Program-made: the position numbers and the translations under genes
Notes under the pieces: generated by a model
The model's input: only the letters and a program-made list of their open reading frames with translations
What the model was told of the DNA's origin: nothing
Database searches by the model: none
Shown here: positions 45,561-60,334 of the stretch, one piece after another
Position numbering within the stretch: the stretch's first letter is position 1
Layout of the letters: every line of letters starts with the position of its first letter
NCBI RefSeq assembly: GCF_009914755.1
Contig: NC_060930.1
Length of the DNA: 64,000 nt
Origin: the human T2T-CHM13v2.0 reference genome, Homo sapiens
Strand: one strand, 5' to 3'

Positions 45561-47519
45561 GAGTGTGAGTTTTTCATTTTGCACCGACTTAATGAGTACA
45601 TTTATGATACTGTAAGTGCCGAATTATATATATGACTATGCTCCCAATATCAAGATTGTAAATGCCAACAAGCAGAAGCAGCAGAAGCAGAGCCCTTAAC
45701 ATCACAGATTTTACACTCAAAAATGTAATTTAATAAATACCATCTTTTAAACCAGTTTTCAACAATTCATATTTAGAATTCCCCAGGAGTTAAGTTTGAA
45801 TTTTAAGGTAAATGGACAGGCAATTATATTTCTCATGTTGGGCTAGATACATTCATTTGATTTTTGAGTTTTTTGTAATGTTTTGGGGATCCCTAAATAT
45901 ATTTAGCTGATAAATATTTCCCCATTTTGTAGGTGAGCAAACAAAAAAATAGAGAAGCTGAGTGACTACCACATGATGGAACACTATGAGGAGTGAAGTG
46001 TATTTGGTGCCCAGCCTCTCACCCCGCCTCACAGTTCAGTGGACCCAACTCCAGTGGAGTTGCCTTTCCAGTTGCAACACAGATTCCTCCTGAGTCTTAA
46101 CCAAAGTGCCCTCTCTGACTTAAATTGCGAACACATGTGTTTCATGTTTGTAGCTGGATGCCAGTTCATATACTACTGGAACATTTTGTCTACTGTTACA
46201 TAATTAAACTGGAAGAAACCCTTGGTAGGATGTGAAATAGCAATATGATCCAAAGATCATTAAAATGTCAAAAGTCCTTTAATGATAGTGTGTATTTGAT
46301 TAACCACACAAAAATATTGACTTGATTTTATTTATATTAAAATTAATGTTTGGAAAAGAATATCTGCAAAATAAGATTATTTTGCCTTGTTTTTTTGCTT
46401 GTCTACAGCATACCAATACCTAACAAGGTTATAGTGAAGCTTGTGTTGTCTAATAAGGTCAGTGCTAAGTCACAGAACAAAAGAGATCATCCTCGTTGTG
46501 GATATATTGCTAAAATCATCAAGATGTTGGCTGAAAACCTATTTATTTATATATTCATTTTGTTTTGGGCAGAATAATTTAAACTATAACTTGTCACATC
46601 GAATAGCAATGACACTTCTGTTCAGAGTCAGAAATGACACTTCTGTTAAACTCCAGAAGAGTTTAAATGGAATGGGATTCCCTGGAAATTTTTTCTTCCT
46701 TTAATTTAAAAGAATGTCAGATGTTCTCTGTTTTATTCCATTGAGTGATAGAGAAAAACTAAGTTAACAAAGGAGGATCCATGAGTCTTTTCTCTTAAAT
46801 ATTCCTATGAACTTTTTAATTCAGCTACACTCAGAATCTTTAATATAGGAAAGAAATTTTTCATAATTGTTACGATTACATTCATTCTGACAAACAGAAG
46901 TCAATATTTAAACTTGTCCTAAGACAAACACTAAACATGCCAAAACCATTAGACTCAAGATGTGCTGTCATTCAATTCCCTTGCTGAACTACCCTAAAGC
47001 TTGAGTTTGCTGATTTTCACATGTACTATTTTCTGCAAAATTCACTAGCTCATGCCAGTGGAGATTTAATACCACATGCCTGTGCTTAGTTGAGAATTCC
47101 AATTTGAAGTCTCCTTGGCAAAATATAGCTGTTTATTTCAGGAGTTTTTCTCTTTGCTTTTCCAAAATTTCTTAAATCCAGTGTAAGAAAAGAGAAGTTT
47201 ACTTAATTTTTTAAAAACAGTGCTATGAAATTCTTATTGAATTTGAGTCTCTTACACAGATTATGAACCATACAGATAATCAACAAAAAGTGGTCAATTA
47301 TTTAAATGAACTTAAATATGTCAGTTAGTTTCTTTATCATCCTGTAGGATATTCATGTAAAAGGCATAAAATATGAAACACATATTCTTGGCCATGGATG
47401 TTTCCCTAGGAAGACAATGATGCCATAACAGAGAAAGTCACTATAAAGAAAAACTCTACAACTGATGACACTAGTGACATTCCCCTTGGGTTGCAACTAG
47501 AAGTGGCTCTGTCACTGTT

Positions 47520-47557
47520 AAGGAAGAAAGAAAGGAAGAAAGAAAGGAAGAAAGAAA

Positions 47558-47623
<66 letters not shown>

Positions 47624-47660
47624 GGAAGGAAGGAAGGAAGGAAGAAAGGAAGGAAGGAAA
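47520..47660. repeat. Compound polypurine microsatellite (AGGAAGAAAGAA)n-(AGAA)n-(GGAA)n
   Basis: 141 consecutive purines. Confidence 0.97.
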
Positions 47661-48078
47661 TTAAAGAGTCATGAAGTCAATGTCAAATAGGAGAAAAATG
47701 CCATAGCCTAGGAAGAGTCAAACCAGATTTCTACCAGACAGTTTAGTAAATCAAATCAATCAAAAATCAATTTAAAAAAGCTGCCAGGGGAGTAATAATG
47801 AAGGTGCTTACAAGGAGTAAATGATGGCACAGTGATGGACACCCTACTTACAGGATAGAGTTTAAAATACTTTATGGATTTGTTTCTCCAATGCTTTCTT
47901 TGGTTTTTTTTTTTTTTGGACGTGAAAAATATTTCTAATTGAATATGGGAATTCAGGAGGGTGAGACTTTGTGTTTAATTAAATTTACACAGCTTATAAT
48001 AAATGCAATTGTTCCATCATGATTTCTGTATAGAGATGTAGAAATATATCATCCTGAGGAGAGCTAGAATATAGACAC

Positions 48079-48491
48079 TGATATGGTTTGGATCTATATC
48101 TCCACCAAATCTCATGTCAAATTGTAATCCCCAGTGTTGGAGGTGGGGCCTGGTGGGAGGTAATTGGATCATGGGGGCAGAGTTTTCATGAATGGTTTAG
48201 CACTCTCCCCTTGGTACTGACTAGTTATAGGGTTCTTATGAGATCTGGTCTTTTAAAAGTGTGTAGCACTTTCTCGCTCTCCCTCTCTTCCTCCTGCTCC
48301 AGCCATGTAAAATGTACCTGGTTTCCCTTAGTCTTCTGCAATGATTCTAAGTTTACTGAGGCCTCCCCAGAAGCAGAAGTCACTAAGCTTCCTATACAGC
48401 CTGCAGAACCATGAGCCAATTAAACCTATTTTCTTTATAAATTACCCAGTCTCAGGTATTTTTTATAACAGTGTGAGAACAGACTAATACA
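48079..48491 (+). mobile_element. MaLR solo LTR (MSTA-like)
   Basis: TGATATGGTTTGGATC...ACTAATACA. Exact TSD GACAC at 48074-48078 and 48492-48496. Confidence 0.94.
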
Positions 48492-50961
48492 GACACACAG
48501 ACCAAATAAAGTTAAAGAACTAGGGCCCTTATAGAAAATGTATTCTTGGGGTGCATGTGTCCTTCTCTAGCTAGGATGGTAAATGTGATCCTAAGCTATT
48601 AATTGAAAAGTGATAAACTCAAGCTTTCCACTCTTTATTGAGAAACCTGAAAACACATTTATCCCCAACTCCATTGTATCAATACTCAGAAACAGTAGCA
48701 GGGAGATATGACAGATGACTGGAGTCAGGCAAAGCCAAAAAAAAAATCTAGTTACAATTTTTTATTTATTAAAATATCTCTGAAATTAACAGAACAAATA
48801 AAAAGCTTATTGATATCAATATATTGTGAACTTTTGCTCAGTCAGACATATAGGAAGTCTGGCCAGTGTTTCCCAAAGTGGGAACTGGGTCCTAAGGCTT
48901 AGGGTCAAAAAATGTTATTAACTAAATGGTCTGTCTATCCTAATTAATTCCCAAGTCTGGGTGTTTACCAGAGCAAACCCTTTTTGTCTGAAGCAGACAT
49001 CCCTCTAAGTGTCCACAAAGACAGCATCTTCGGATGGCTACTTAATGGTCGGCCAAATCTTTAGCCCAGGGTGAGGATTAAGAGCCCTCAAAGTGCTGAA
49101 GAACCATTAGCAGTGGTGAAGCTCCAATCCCATTTTGGATTATAGCAGTTACAGTGGTTATGGAGAAGGAAGAGCAGATTACTCAGAGGTGTTGAAAAGG
49201 GCGACAGCAAAGACCTCATTTGAAGCCACATATGACAGTAGAGCTATGGGAGCAAATTTAGAATGACTTGTTAGGACAGTGGTACCTCTGCAAGCTGCCT
49301 TGACTTGGCTCTTCAATATAACAATAGAAGTGACATCAAGGACCAATCTGAGGGTTTCAGGAATGCAAGGGGTACAACTTCAGGAAGCCATTGGTGCAGA
49401 TCACTTTGAAAAGTATAGGAACAATGGACGCTGTGAGGGTACTTTGTCAAAATGAATCAGTTATACTAGGGAGAAGGGGTCTGTGACTTTTCTCCCACTA
49501 AGGGTTAGAGCAGACATACTTTGGGCTGCAGGTGGCATGCAAAAGATTTGAAATATACTGACCTTTTATTTCTTACTTGACAATACCCATATTTCTGAGT
49601 GGATGCTCTCTTCTGATGCTTCACATCACATAGTATATGTCAGTCCATATACCACATGATACTGTGCCAGGCTTGATAATGAGAGTCAGAATTATTGTCT
49701 TATCTTCAACCCATGTTTTTTATATTATTGTTAATTGAGTCATACTTTTATAAGCTCAGTCTTCCCAAATAATATGAGAACGTATCAGAATACCTTTCTT
49801 CTATGCATGTAGGAGAAATTAACCTAGGATAATATTGCTTCATTTATGATTTCTTCAAATAGCTGTGGATTTATAGATTTAAATTCATTTTAACCATTTT
49901 TTAAGAATGAACTATGTTGATACTGGAAGAGGCAATCTAGGCAACAGTGCAATGTTCAACCTATCCAACTGGTCCTCTTCAGGTTTAAGAATAGTATATT
50001 CACACAAATAATTACAGTATAAAGCCAAATGTGTATTGGTTTCAATCAGGAGAATATGTTATTTTCCCTTCCTCATGTGACAACTTACTTTAACTTTCCC
50101 CAAGTGCTTTTTAAAAATATATTTATAATGTACACTGTGGCATTTAATGTTTATGCATTCTTGAAGCAATCTAGTTTTTTATTGCTTTAAAGGAAAATGT
50201 TTGTCTACACTTTCCAATAGTCTGACATTTGAAGCATTGAATTTTCTCTACTGAAAAAAAAAGTAAAATTTTTTACAAGATGTTGTCATTACTACTCAGT
50301 TTTACAAAAACTGACTCCTTTGTCTTTAATAATTAAAAGGGGAAAGTAAAACGTTTGTAGAGGATAACTACTAAGGTGGCTTTAATTTTATTTTTGCTAT
50401 ATAAACTTGTTTTCTGATGGCTTCATTTTAAGTCAGACACCATGACCTTCCCTAATTTTGGAAAAAAAATCTTTATTATTGCTTCCTCTTAGAACTATAG
50501 TTTATTAGTATATGCTTCCATCTGGAAATAAATTACCCAGTGATGCTCATGTGCCACACCAACTGAGTCAATCCGGGGTGTCTCCAATGTCTTTGCCAAA
50601 CACAAGGATAGTCCAAGCCACAAGATGTTGGCTTTCCTATTGGATTAATGAGGACAGTATTTAAATTCTATGTCATGGTTTTAAGTCAACATTTAAGGCA
50701 AAAGACCTTCATTTATTCTGTCCAGTCAAATATAAACATGGATTAAAACTGAGAGCTGCTTCTTGAAGCGGATAATTTCTAATTTTCTCCCTTTTCCTGA
50801 TAAAAATATCTTTGAGTATTATTTATTTTCATTTTATGTTGTGAATTGTCTCCTCTATCTTTAAATTAAATTTTAAAAGTCTCTTGACAAATAACCTAAG
50901 TCTCACCATGCCTCAACAAACACATCTACCAAAGGACCCAGTGAGTTTAAGAAGATAGGGA

Positions 50962-51357
<396 letters not shown>

Positions 51358-53371
51358 TCACAATCCTTGTTACCTATGCAATCACTGCTTGGTTGTGAAC
51401 TTTATACCTTATTAAGAAAGGTCACTACCACTGAAGATCTTACTAGGTAAAAGTAGAAATAATAGCTGTAATTCCAATTACAACTCAAGCTTATGTAAAC
51501 CTTGGAATAAAATGCTCTGTGGGCTTGTGTTACATATAGAAAAAAATATTTGTACTTATCTTAGTACTTGTGATATATATAGAGAAGCATGTATTATATA
51601 CAAAGTCTCGTTCCCTGTCTATAGATCCTCATTAAAGAGATTTGGGGTGAGGCAGGGACTCCATGTTCAACAAGTTTCCCAGGTAATGCTTATGAAGAAG
51701 TAAGTAAGCAAGAAGTAAGTTTGAGAGTGACTATCTAGAGATGAAATTCAAGGTTTTGTATAGCACCTTCACAGAGGAGAAATTTTTCAGGGACAGGAGA
51801 CATATCACTTAATCTGAATTGGTATTAAGGCAACCCTAAGTAGAGCCAGGAAGAACAGAAATTCACTAAATTGCAAATTCTGGTTTCCTGGTAGAAATTT
51901 CTGAGGAGCATATTTAACACTGAGTATGAAATACCTCATTACCAGAACAGCTAAAAAGATGAAAAGAAGACTCAAATATATGCAATGCAAAACGTTGAGA
52001 AAATTTAAAACCTGCATTAAGAGAAAAGAAGGAACTGAGCCAAATTGTGAGAGTTTTAGCACTTCAAATTTGATGAGAAAGCTTTCTCAAGGATCTAAGT
52101 GTTATTAACAAGGCAGAAGAATAAGGGAAAAAAGACAGTAGAATATCATTCTAAATGCTGAAATCTTACCAGGCTGTGGCATATATCCCAAGCCAAATTG
52201 ATGATACGAATTTTTTTTTTTTTTTTACTAAACTTACTCCAATAAAAATCATCTCAAGTACTGAGAATCATGAAGATACTCTGTGTGAAGGGCAGTGATG
52301 AGAGGATTCAAATCCACATTTTTATTTCTAAATGGAGCATAGAAAATGACATCCCAGATTGTAAGATATACTTATTTTCTAATTGGGAAGAAGTAAGAAA
52401 TTGAGCCTAGTTGGCTGGAAATTGGGTGGGAAGGGATCATAACGTCAAGTCATGGCTGCTGCTTGGGTAGTTAGTAATAAAGAATATTTATGGGAAGATG
52501 TTTGATGACAGTAAACTTTCCAGCAATCCCAGGAACCATGAGAGGTAGAGAAAACCCTACATATACTGAGCCCTATCTTGGGACCTTGTTTTGTCTTGAC
52601 CTTGCAGCAATTCCTCTGAGTTGTTTGGGGATAGAATTATTTGTGGGAGATGGCTCCACCCTTTAAATACTCAAAACTAGTTATAGAAAGACCTTAAGTG
52701 TTTTCTTCTTACTTTCATTTCTTCCATAACTTTTCTTGGATCTGTAGAATCTACCTCAGTAACCTTTAAACTACATAAGGCTTAATTTAATCTGAAAGAC
52801 ATGAATCTGTCTCCTCAGATGCTACACATAAGCGGGATGAAATCTGTATTTTAAAAACCTGTGAAATTTTACTTCTAAAAAGGAAATAATTTTTCTGGCA
52901 ATGAATTCAACTCACTCACTCAACCCCACTCTCCTTCATAAGCAATGCCTAATCATCAAGTGGATTTATTTATTTTGCCACTTAAAAATTTAACATCTAC
53001 CAAGGATCTGCTTTCAATTTTTAAAGGCACCATGTCTTTTATCTTTGAGTATTTTCAAGCCATTTAAATAAATAGAAATATAGAGTGGTTTCATCACTCA
53101 AGCAGGACACTTATGCATGTCTTGTAGTATGAGTCATAATACATGTACGCTTACCCTAAGAGACCCTCAAACACTTTGGAAGTAACAACTCTATATGACT
53201 TTCTGGATTTAAATATTTATATCCATATAATCCCTGAGATATGTCATTATAGACACTGTGTACATATAAGCCACCTTGTACATCACATGCCGTGTATTTT
53301 TGTCCTTTCCCTTTCCTGCTATGGACACTCAGAATAGCTCATAAACAGAAGATATTTTGTAAGTGGCTGAA

Positions 53372-53834
53372 TGTTGTGTTTTAAAATCATGTTCATAAAG
53401 GTTTTGACACTCTTCCCATCAATCAGTAGAAATGGTAGGAGTGATACTCTGTGAGGTCAGATAATAAAAGATAATATGTCTTCTGCCTGACTCTCTTGGG
53501 ACACTCACTTACAGGAAAGCCAGCTACTATGTAAGCAGTCAAACAGCCCTGAGTCTGCCATGCTATGAAGAATCCCAAATTAGTGTATGCAAGAGATCTT
53601 ATGATGAGAGAGAGAGATGGTTGGTGAGCTCCCAGCCGATACCACACACTATTCCAGCTCCACTCACCATCTCATCTGACTGCAATAGTTTGATGAACCT
53701 CAATCCAAAACCACATAGCTAAGCTCAGTCCAATTTCTTGACTCACAGACACTGTGAGAAATAGTAAACTGATTTTGATGTAAGTCACAAAGTTTTTTGA
53801 GTAATTTATTTTACAGCATTAGGTAATTGAAACA
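53372..53834 (+). mobile_element. MaLR solo LTR (MLT1F/G/H-like)
   Basis: 'ttttgacactcttcccatc', 'ttcttgactcacagacactgtgaga', ends 'tacagcattaggtaattgaaaca'. Confidence 0.75.
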
Positions 53835-54832
53835 CTCAGACGAACTTGTGCTTTTTATTACCTCTAGCTATATAAGACACTTTGGCTTCCTTTGCCTTTA
53901 GGTCTTGGTGGTGGAAGCCACTGGCAGTGATGTCCTTAGATAAAGTCCTTAAAGACCAAGGAATTGGGAAAATAATCAAAGTGATGCTGAAGGCTGACAA
54001 TGCCTTTTGCTGAACTTCTCTATGTCCAGAATTTTTACAGAGTCCATTCATATCTCTTCAATAGAATTCTGGAGACAAGCAAAAATTAAGCTTTCTGCCT
54101 ACCATAGAAAAAGTGTATGGATTTATAACTGTGACAGAACAAGATCCAGTTGAACTGCCTCAATTCACTCAGGCTTTTGATAGGCTTGCGTTCAGATTCT
54201 GGCTCAACTATTTATTAGTTATTTAATCATGAACAGACTGTTTTCTAAGGAGGTAATTTTATTCAGCTTTGTCAGAATGAAGTTTCAAGAACCAGGAGCA
54301 AATGCCCAAACAGGAGTTTGAGGACAGAGTGGCAAGTATGGTGGGTATATGTTGGTGGCTTGGTTGGAGGATTTTATGGGAGTTAGGGTAAAGGGTGGAG
54401 GGAAGCTAGTGGGTATTTCACATTAAACAGATAAACAGCAGTTAACAGCCTAATTGTGCACTTATTTTCTTGAATTATTACTCAAATTTGTGTATCACTA
54501 TCATTTATGTTAAAACTGTTTAGTAAATATTTACCTGGGTAATTTTGTTTATGTAAGTTAGGGTATATTGTGTGAAAGCTCTCCACACCTGGGGAAACCT
54601 AGTTAGTTTGTTCCCAGTAACGTAAACCTGGTTGCAAAGAGTTATTTGTGTGCTGAATCATCAAATAACTGTTGATTAATTGTATAACCAATGTTTGTAA
54701 AAGTTTAGCATCAGCACCACCTGCAGTATTTGTTCAACATAGAGATTTCTTGTCCCTAATGCAGGTGTACCAGATCTGAGTCTCTATAAAGGAAGTCCTG
54801 CGATCTGCCTTTTCAGAAGCTCTCTAGATGGT

Positions 54833-55206
54833 TGTATTAGTCCGTTCTTATGCTGCCATAAAGACCTGCCTGAGATTGGGTGATTTATAAAGGAAAGAGG
54901 TTTAATTGATTCACAGTTCTGCAGGGCTGGGGAGGCCTCAGGAAATTTACAATCTTGGCAGAAGGGGAAGCAAACACATCCTTCTTCACATGGTGGTAGG
55001 AGGGAGAAGTGCCGAGCAAAAGAGGGGAAAGCCCTTTATAAAACCATCAGACCTTGCGATAACTCACTCATTATCATGAGAAGAGCATGGGGGTAACTGC
55101 CCCATGATTCAATTACCTCCCAACGGGTCCCTCCCACAACATGTGGGGATTATGGGAACTACAAATCAGTATGAGATTTGGGCGGGGACACAGCCAAACC
55201 ATATCA
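54833..55206 (-). mobile_element. MaLR solo LTR (THE1C-like) in a MER5A-like remnant
   Basis: TGTATTAGTCCGTT...CAAACCATATCA; TSD (A/G)TGGT. Confidence 0.93.
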
Positions 55207-55664
55207 GTGGTCATGAAAAATCCTGCTGGAAAATGGTTAGGGAGGCCAAGGTCCTTCATAAAAGGATTCCCAGATGTCCCAGAAACAGGATTTCTCATCT
55301 CTGTTTCACTATAGGCATTTACTGCTACTTGTTATTTTATATTTGTGTCTCCACAACATCTTCCCTTTTCTGAAATTTTTATTTCCTCTTAAATTTCCAA
55401 CTACTTTTCTTTCTTACCTCCCATTCTACTTATTAGAAGGCTTTCCTGCTACCTAATGTAGAAGGTAGAAGTGATTGAAATGAAATTTCTTTGTATTCCC
55501 ATCTTAATGCATTCTTAGTCTGGCTGAGAACTCGGTGTCTGTTTTCTTTATATGATTCCACTGCTACATGTCTGAGAGTGAAATTGCTCCAGTTTTTATT
55601 TTTCTCTACTGTAAGCTATGAGAATCTAACATGGATCTCATAACCAAAGCTAGAGTGTTTGTGT

Positions 55665-55792
55665 GCACACACACACACACACACAGATATCTATAGAAAT
55701 AGATATAGATATAGATATAGATATAGATATAGATACAGATATAGATATATATCCTGTTGGTTCTGTTTCTTTGGAGAATTCTGACTAGTATA
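55665..55792 (+). repeat. (CA)n and (TAGATA)n microsatellite at an MLT2-type LTR 3' end
   Basis: Repeats seen directly, followed by 'atcctgttggttctgtttctttggagaattctgacta', typical of MLT2. Confidence 0.8.
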
Positions 55793-56022
55793 CTATTAAA
55801 ATAATTGTTTTATGCTTTTAGACCTATACAGTATATTTTTTATTCTGCATCACTCTACATAAATAAAAAGAAAACACAAATAAAATTATTTGATTAAAGT
55901 ACTTAGAACATTCTGAACACTTCTAGAATAAAATTCATTGATTTTGATATTTTTCCACGAAGTAATTCTTTTCAATTTCATCATGATCATTGGTCACACA
56001 GCATTTCTTAAAAGACTTCACC

Positions 56023-56322
56023 GGCCTGGCGCGGTGGCTCACGCCTGTAATCCTTGCACTGTGGGAGGCCGAGGCTGGTGGATCACGAGGTCAGGAGATC
56101 AAGACCATCCTGGTTAACACTGTGAAACCCCGTCTCTACTAATAATACAAATAATTAGCCAGGGGTGGTGGTGGGCGCTTGTAGTACCAGCTACTTGGGA
56201 GGCTGAGGCAGGAGAATGCCATGAACCCAGGAGGCAGAGTTTGCAGTGAGCCAAGATCATGCCACAGCTCTCCAGCCTGGGCGACAGAGCGAGACTCTGA
56301 CAAAAAAAAAAAAAAAAAAAAA
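56023..56322 (+). mobile_element. AluY-like
   Basis: Full Alu with poly-A; TSD core ACTTCAC on both sides. Confidence 0.93.
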
Positions 56323-57994
56323 CTTCACGGTTGTCTCCAGGATAATAGTTCAAGGTGATGGCATTCATTGTATATATTTTCATGTTGGTCCTTTCTTGAT
56401 CTTTCCATAAATGTCAGTTAAACAACTATGTCATGTCCACCTCCTGGCTGATAATAACTGTAAAACAATATTAACTGAAAGACACATTTTGACATCAGAA
56501 ATGTTAAAATATGAAAAAATGTGCATCTTTGAATCTATTAACTTTTGGTAGTGCTTAGTAAATAGTCTTATCATTGTTATCAATGATGATGGTGATTATG
56601 ATGATGATGAAGATGATGAATACTAGTTGGGAAATGTATCCTTGTACTTGATGAAGTGTGTGTTTATGTATTTGGGAATGAACATCTGATAGCTGTATTC
56701 ATGGAAGTGCTAAAAAAAAAAAAGATGTATACAAAATGAGCAAGAAAGTCAGTGGTCTGAGGTGTGACCTGATAAAAATTTTCATTTCATATCTTCTGAT
56801 AGCAACCTATTTTTCAGAATATTAATAATCTCACTAAAGTTTACTGTTCTGATGCCACACAAGTTAAATATTTCATTGTCAGTGCTAACACTAAAAATAG
56901 GAGCCTATTACCACTGTTTTTCAGTTGCTTGTGGCAGAATTTTTATGGGCAAAATTCTTCATGGAAAAAAAAATCTATCTTCCAGTCCAAAATTCCCATA
57001 TTTTAGGGTTCCCTTCTTTTTGATACATTCTACATTTTCGTTCTTTTTCTTTATATTCACTACATTGAAAAATAAGCATTTCTACTCCAAAAATAAAACA
57101 GACTGAAACAGAGTGTCCAGATCATTCGAGATGAAAGCCATTTAGACCTATTCACATTTCACCAACTGGTTAGCATTCCTATGCAAATATTCTGTATTTA
57201 TTTTGAAGTTTGTTCAATTAATATTATTGTTCTTCTATTTCCTACAAATGAGGTACTTGTGCCAGTGCAGTTGAATCATGCATTTTCCAGATGGCAAAAC
57301 ATTCTGAAGAAAGTATCGCAGTGATAGGTCTGGCTAGCAGACTCACCAACTCCTCCTTGCGCAGCTCCACTGGGAATAAATTAGTTTAGGCATGGCCTCC
57401 AGGAACTCAGTCAAGGTCAAATTTTTCCTTTATTTCTGCAGAAACAACAGCTCTGGAGAGAAAGAGCACACTGCACAAACTCTGAGTTTCAACTACTTTT
57501 CATTGGTAATTTTCAAATGATCTAGAGAAGGTGATGTGGCTAATAACAATCCAGACGCAAGCTCTTACTTTATGTTGTTCCAAAACCTCTAACAGTTTCC
57601 AAAATTATTTTGTTAAAAAGTACATCATTCTTGGCTTGTGAAACCTCCTCCTACTTTATTTCCCTACTGTAAGTGTAGCCATATAGCCAGAAAAGACAGG
57701 GTTTTATTGTATTATTTTCTAGTCTACAAATCAGGTTAGTTATATTTACATGATATGGTAGCTCATAGCTGAAATTTCTAATCATCACAAAAATTCAAAT
57801 ATAAAAAAATCCATTGTCCCTTCAGATTGCAGATAATCTTCATATCTGGCTATTTAAAATTATCTTAGTCTATGAGAAAAGGAAAGCAGTAAAGGGAGAC
57901 AAAACCATAGTTCTGAGTAATTCCTGACAGGTAGGCAGCTCTAATTGATGATTAGGTGACATTCCAAAAGGGGATTTCAAGCCAGCTGCTTAAT

Positions 57995-58250
57995 GCTTCA
58001 TTCATTTATGAATTTACATACTTATTCACTCATTCATGTTTCCTGGGGAGAATCTACTATGCTCAGCACTGAGAACACAAAGACAAGCACACCACAGTCC
58101 TTGGTTCTAAAAGATGTACCCTCTAATAGAAGAAAAAAGATGAAAACAAGAAAGAACAATGAAATATTTTAGATAGTTAGAAGAAACAGAATATCTGGAG
58201 GTGTGATGAAGAGAATAGTAAGTTATTCCTGGGGAGTCATAAAAAACTGA
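57995..58250 (-). mobile_element. L2 3' fragment
   Basis: (TTCA)-rich tail, then 'ctactatgctcagcactgagaacacaaagacaa...cacagtccttg'. Confidence 0.55.
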
Positions 58251-60160
58251 AAAATTAGGTAACCTAACAAACTGTTGTATTAAAAAATGAACCTATGTTT
58301 CTGAATCACCTTGTCTAGAAAATTTATTCCACACTGGGGTAAAGCTATGGGTAGGAGTGAGGGCAGAGGGTGGAAGATTTGAGCAGGTGCCCAAAGACAT
58401 GAAACTCTCTTATTTGTTCCCAGAGCTGCAAACATCTGATCTGATTAACTCTAGTGAGAGAATGAAGATTTATCCAAAAATAAGGTTAGATCAAAAAGTA
58501 CCTTATTTCCTTATTTGCCACTCTAAGATATTTTCTCTTGTGAACTCTAAAGAGAGCATCATTTGGAATTTGTAAAGCACATATTAATAATTAGGTTAGG
58601 TTCTTGATCTGCTCAATGAAAGGCTTATTTACCATTAAAACATTAGAATTATAATCAGACCATTACTATAAAATATTTCACTTTATTAGAACATGTGGAA
58701 TAAGGCAAAAAATGTTTAATTTTTGAGAACAGGAAATGAGTAATTTAGGAGTAAAAAAATAAGGTTTAGTTTCACTACCTTTATTGTTTGATTTTCCAGC
58801 TACCTTTCAAGTTTTTTTTTCTTTACGAATTCATTGGGCATCACTGGTGCCTTAACTGCCTCTATTCCTATTCCTCTTGAAACCTTGACAACTAGGCTTC
58901 TGTTTCTACCATTCCTTTCCTAGGCTCAGGAGAGATCCCTTTTAAACTTCCCATAGGTTTCCACTCCCCTTCCTTACTGCAGAGCCTTAAAACATTTCCT
59001 TCTGGTGTTCCATGGCTTCTTTCTGAGGGAAACCCTATATGGTGCCACTCCACTTATGTCCAGAATTACTTTCTGTACCAACATTCATTCCCTGAATACA
59101 ATTTGATTTCAGTTCCTAGCAGGAAACCAATCTGCTTGAACAAATTTATCAAATGTCCCATATATCTCCCAGGAGTATTAGTATTTATAACTCAAATGAA
59201 TTGGTTAAACTTTAAGCAGTTATGTAAATAGAGCAAGTATCAGGTTTTAGAAAGAAACATACTTATTAAATGCTGAACTGGCATCATTTAGGTCCGCTGG
59301 CTAAATGCCAGTGGAGACTTCCCATTATGACATTTATAAAAATGTTGCAGCTTTTCAAAGTTTATATTCACCTTTAGAACCTTCAAATTATCTAAAAGTT
59401 CAAAGTATTTCCTATAGAATCACCTATGGCAGCAATGGCAGGGGCTGAAAGACAGTTTAAAAGGCAGTGGGGTCAGGCAGGGAAAGAAGGCGAGAGATTA
59501 TGGTGACCTTATTTTCAAGAATTATACAATATTTCCCCAAAAGAAATAGTAATATTTGTAATCATATTCATTTAACATTTCTGGAACATAATAGAGGAGA
59601 TTATTGTGATCTGTTGAGAATATACAAAATTACATATTAATTCATGCATTTGTTTACATATTTAACATTTTTCCTGCTTATTTTTAAATGACTATTTTCT
59701 TTTTTATTGAAGTGCATAGCACTATAATTTCTGAGATAAAAGAAGATTTTTCTGAAGCTTTAAAAGATCACATTTCAATAAGATCTCTTTTTTAAAAAAG
59801 TGATGTCTACTAACAAATGTGTATCTGTTATTGAATAATAAATATCCCTTTAAAAAGAAGAATAAACACATTTGGATTTAGTAAACCATTCCAAAGGATT
59901 TTTTAAAGGAATTTTACCACATGGTGAATTTCTTTTACAAGTTTTCATCTTTATTTTTTTAAATTAATATTTCCACCTTTTAGTCACAGCATTTCATAGA
60001 CACATTGCAATACCTGTCAGGTTTAACTCAATATATTTTGAGCAGAAACAGATTTAATATATGAAATTAAATACTTAATCAATCTTTTTCCTTTATTAAT
60101 TTATACTCATCTTTTAAGACTTAGCCTAATTTTACATTAGGGTCATCTATATTCACTGAC

Positions 60161-60290
60161 TTTTTCTTTTGTAATTGTATATATTTAAGTTATACAATAT
60201 AATGTCTTGATATACATAGTGAAATGTTTACTATAGTCAATCAAATTAACATACTCAACACCTCACATGGTTACCATGCGTGCCTGCGTG

Positions 60291-60334
<44 letters not shown>

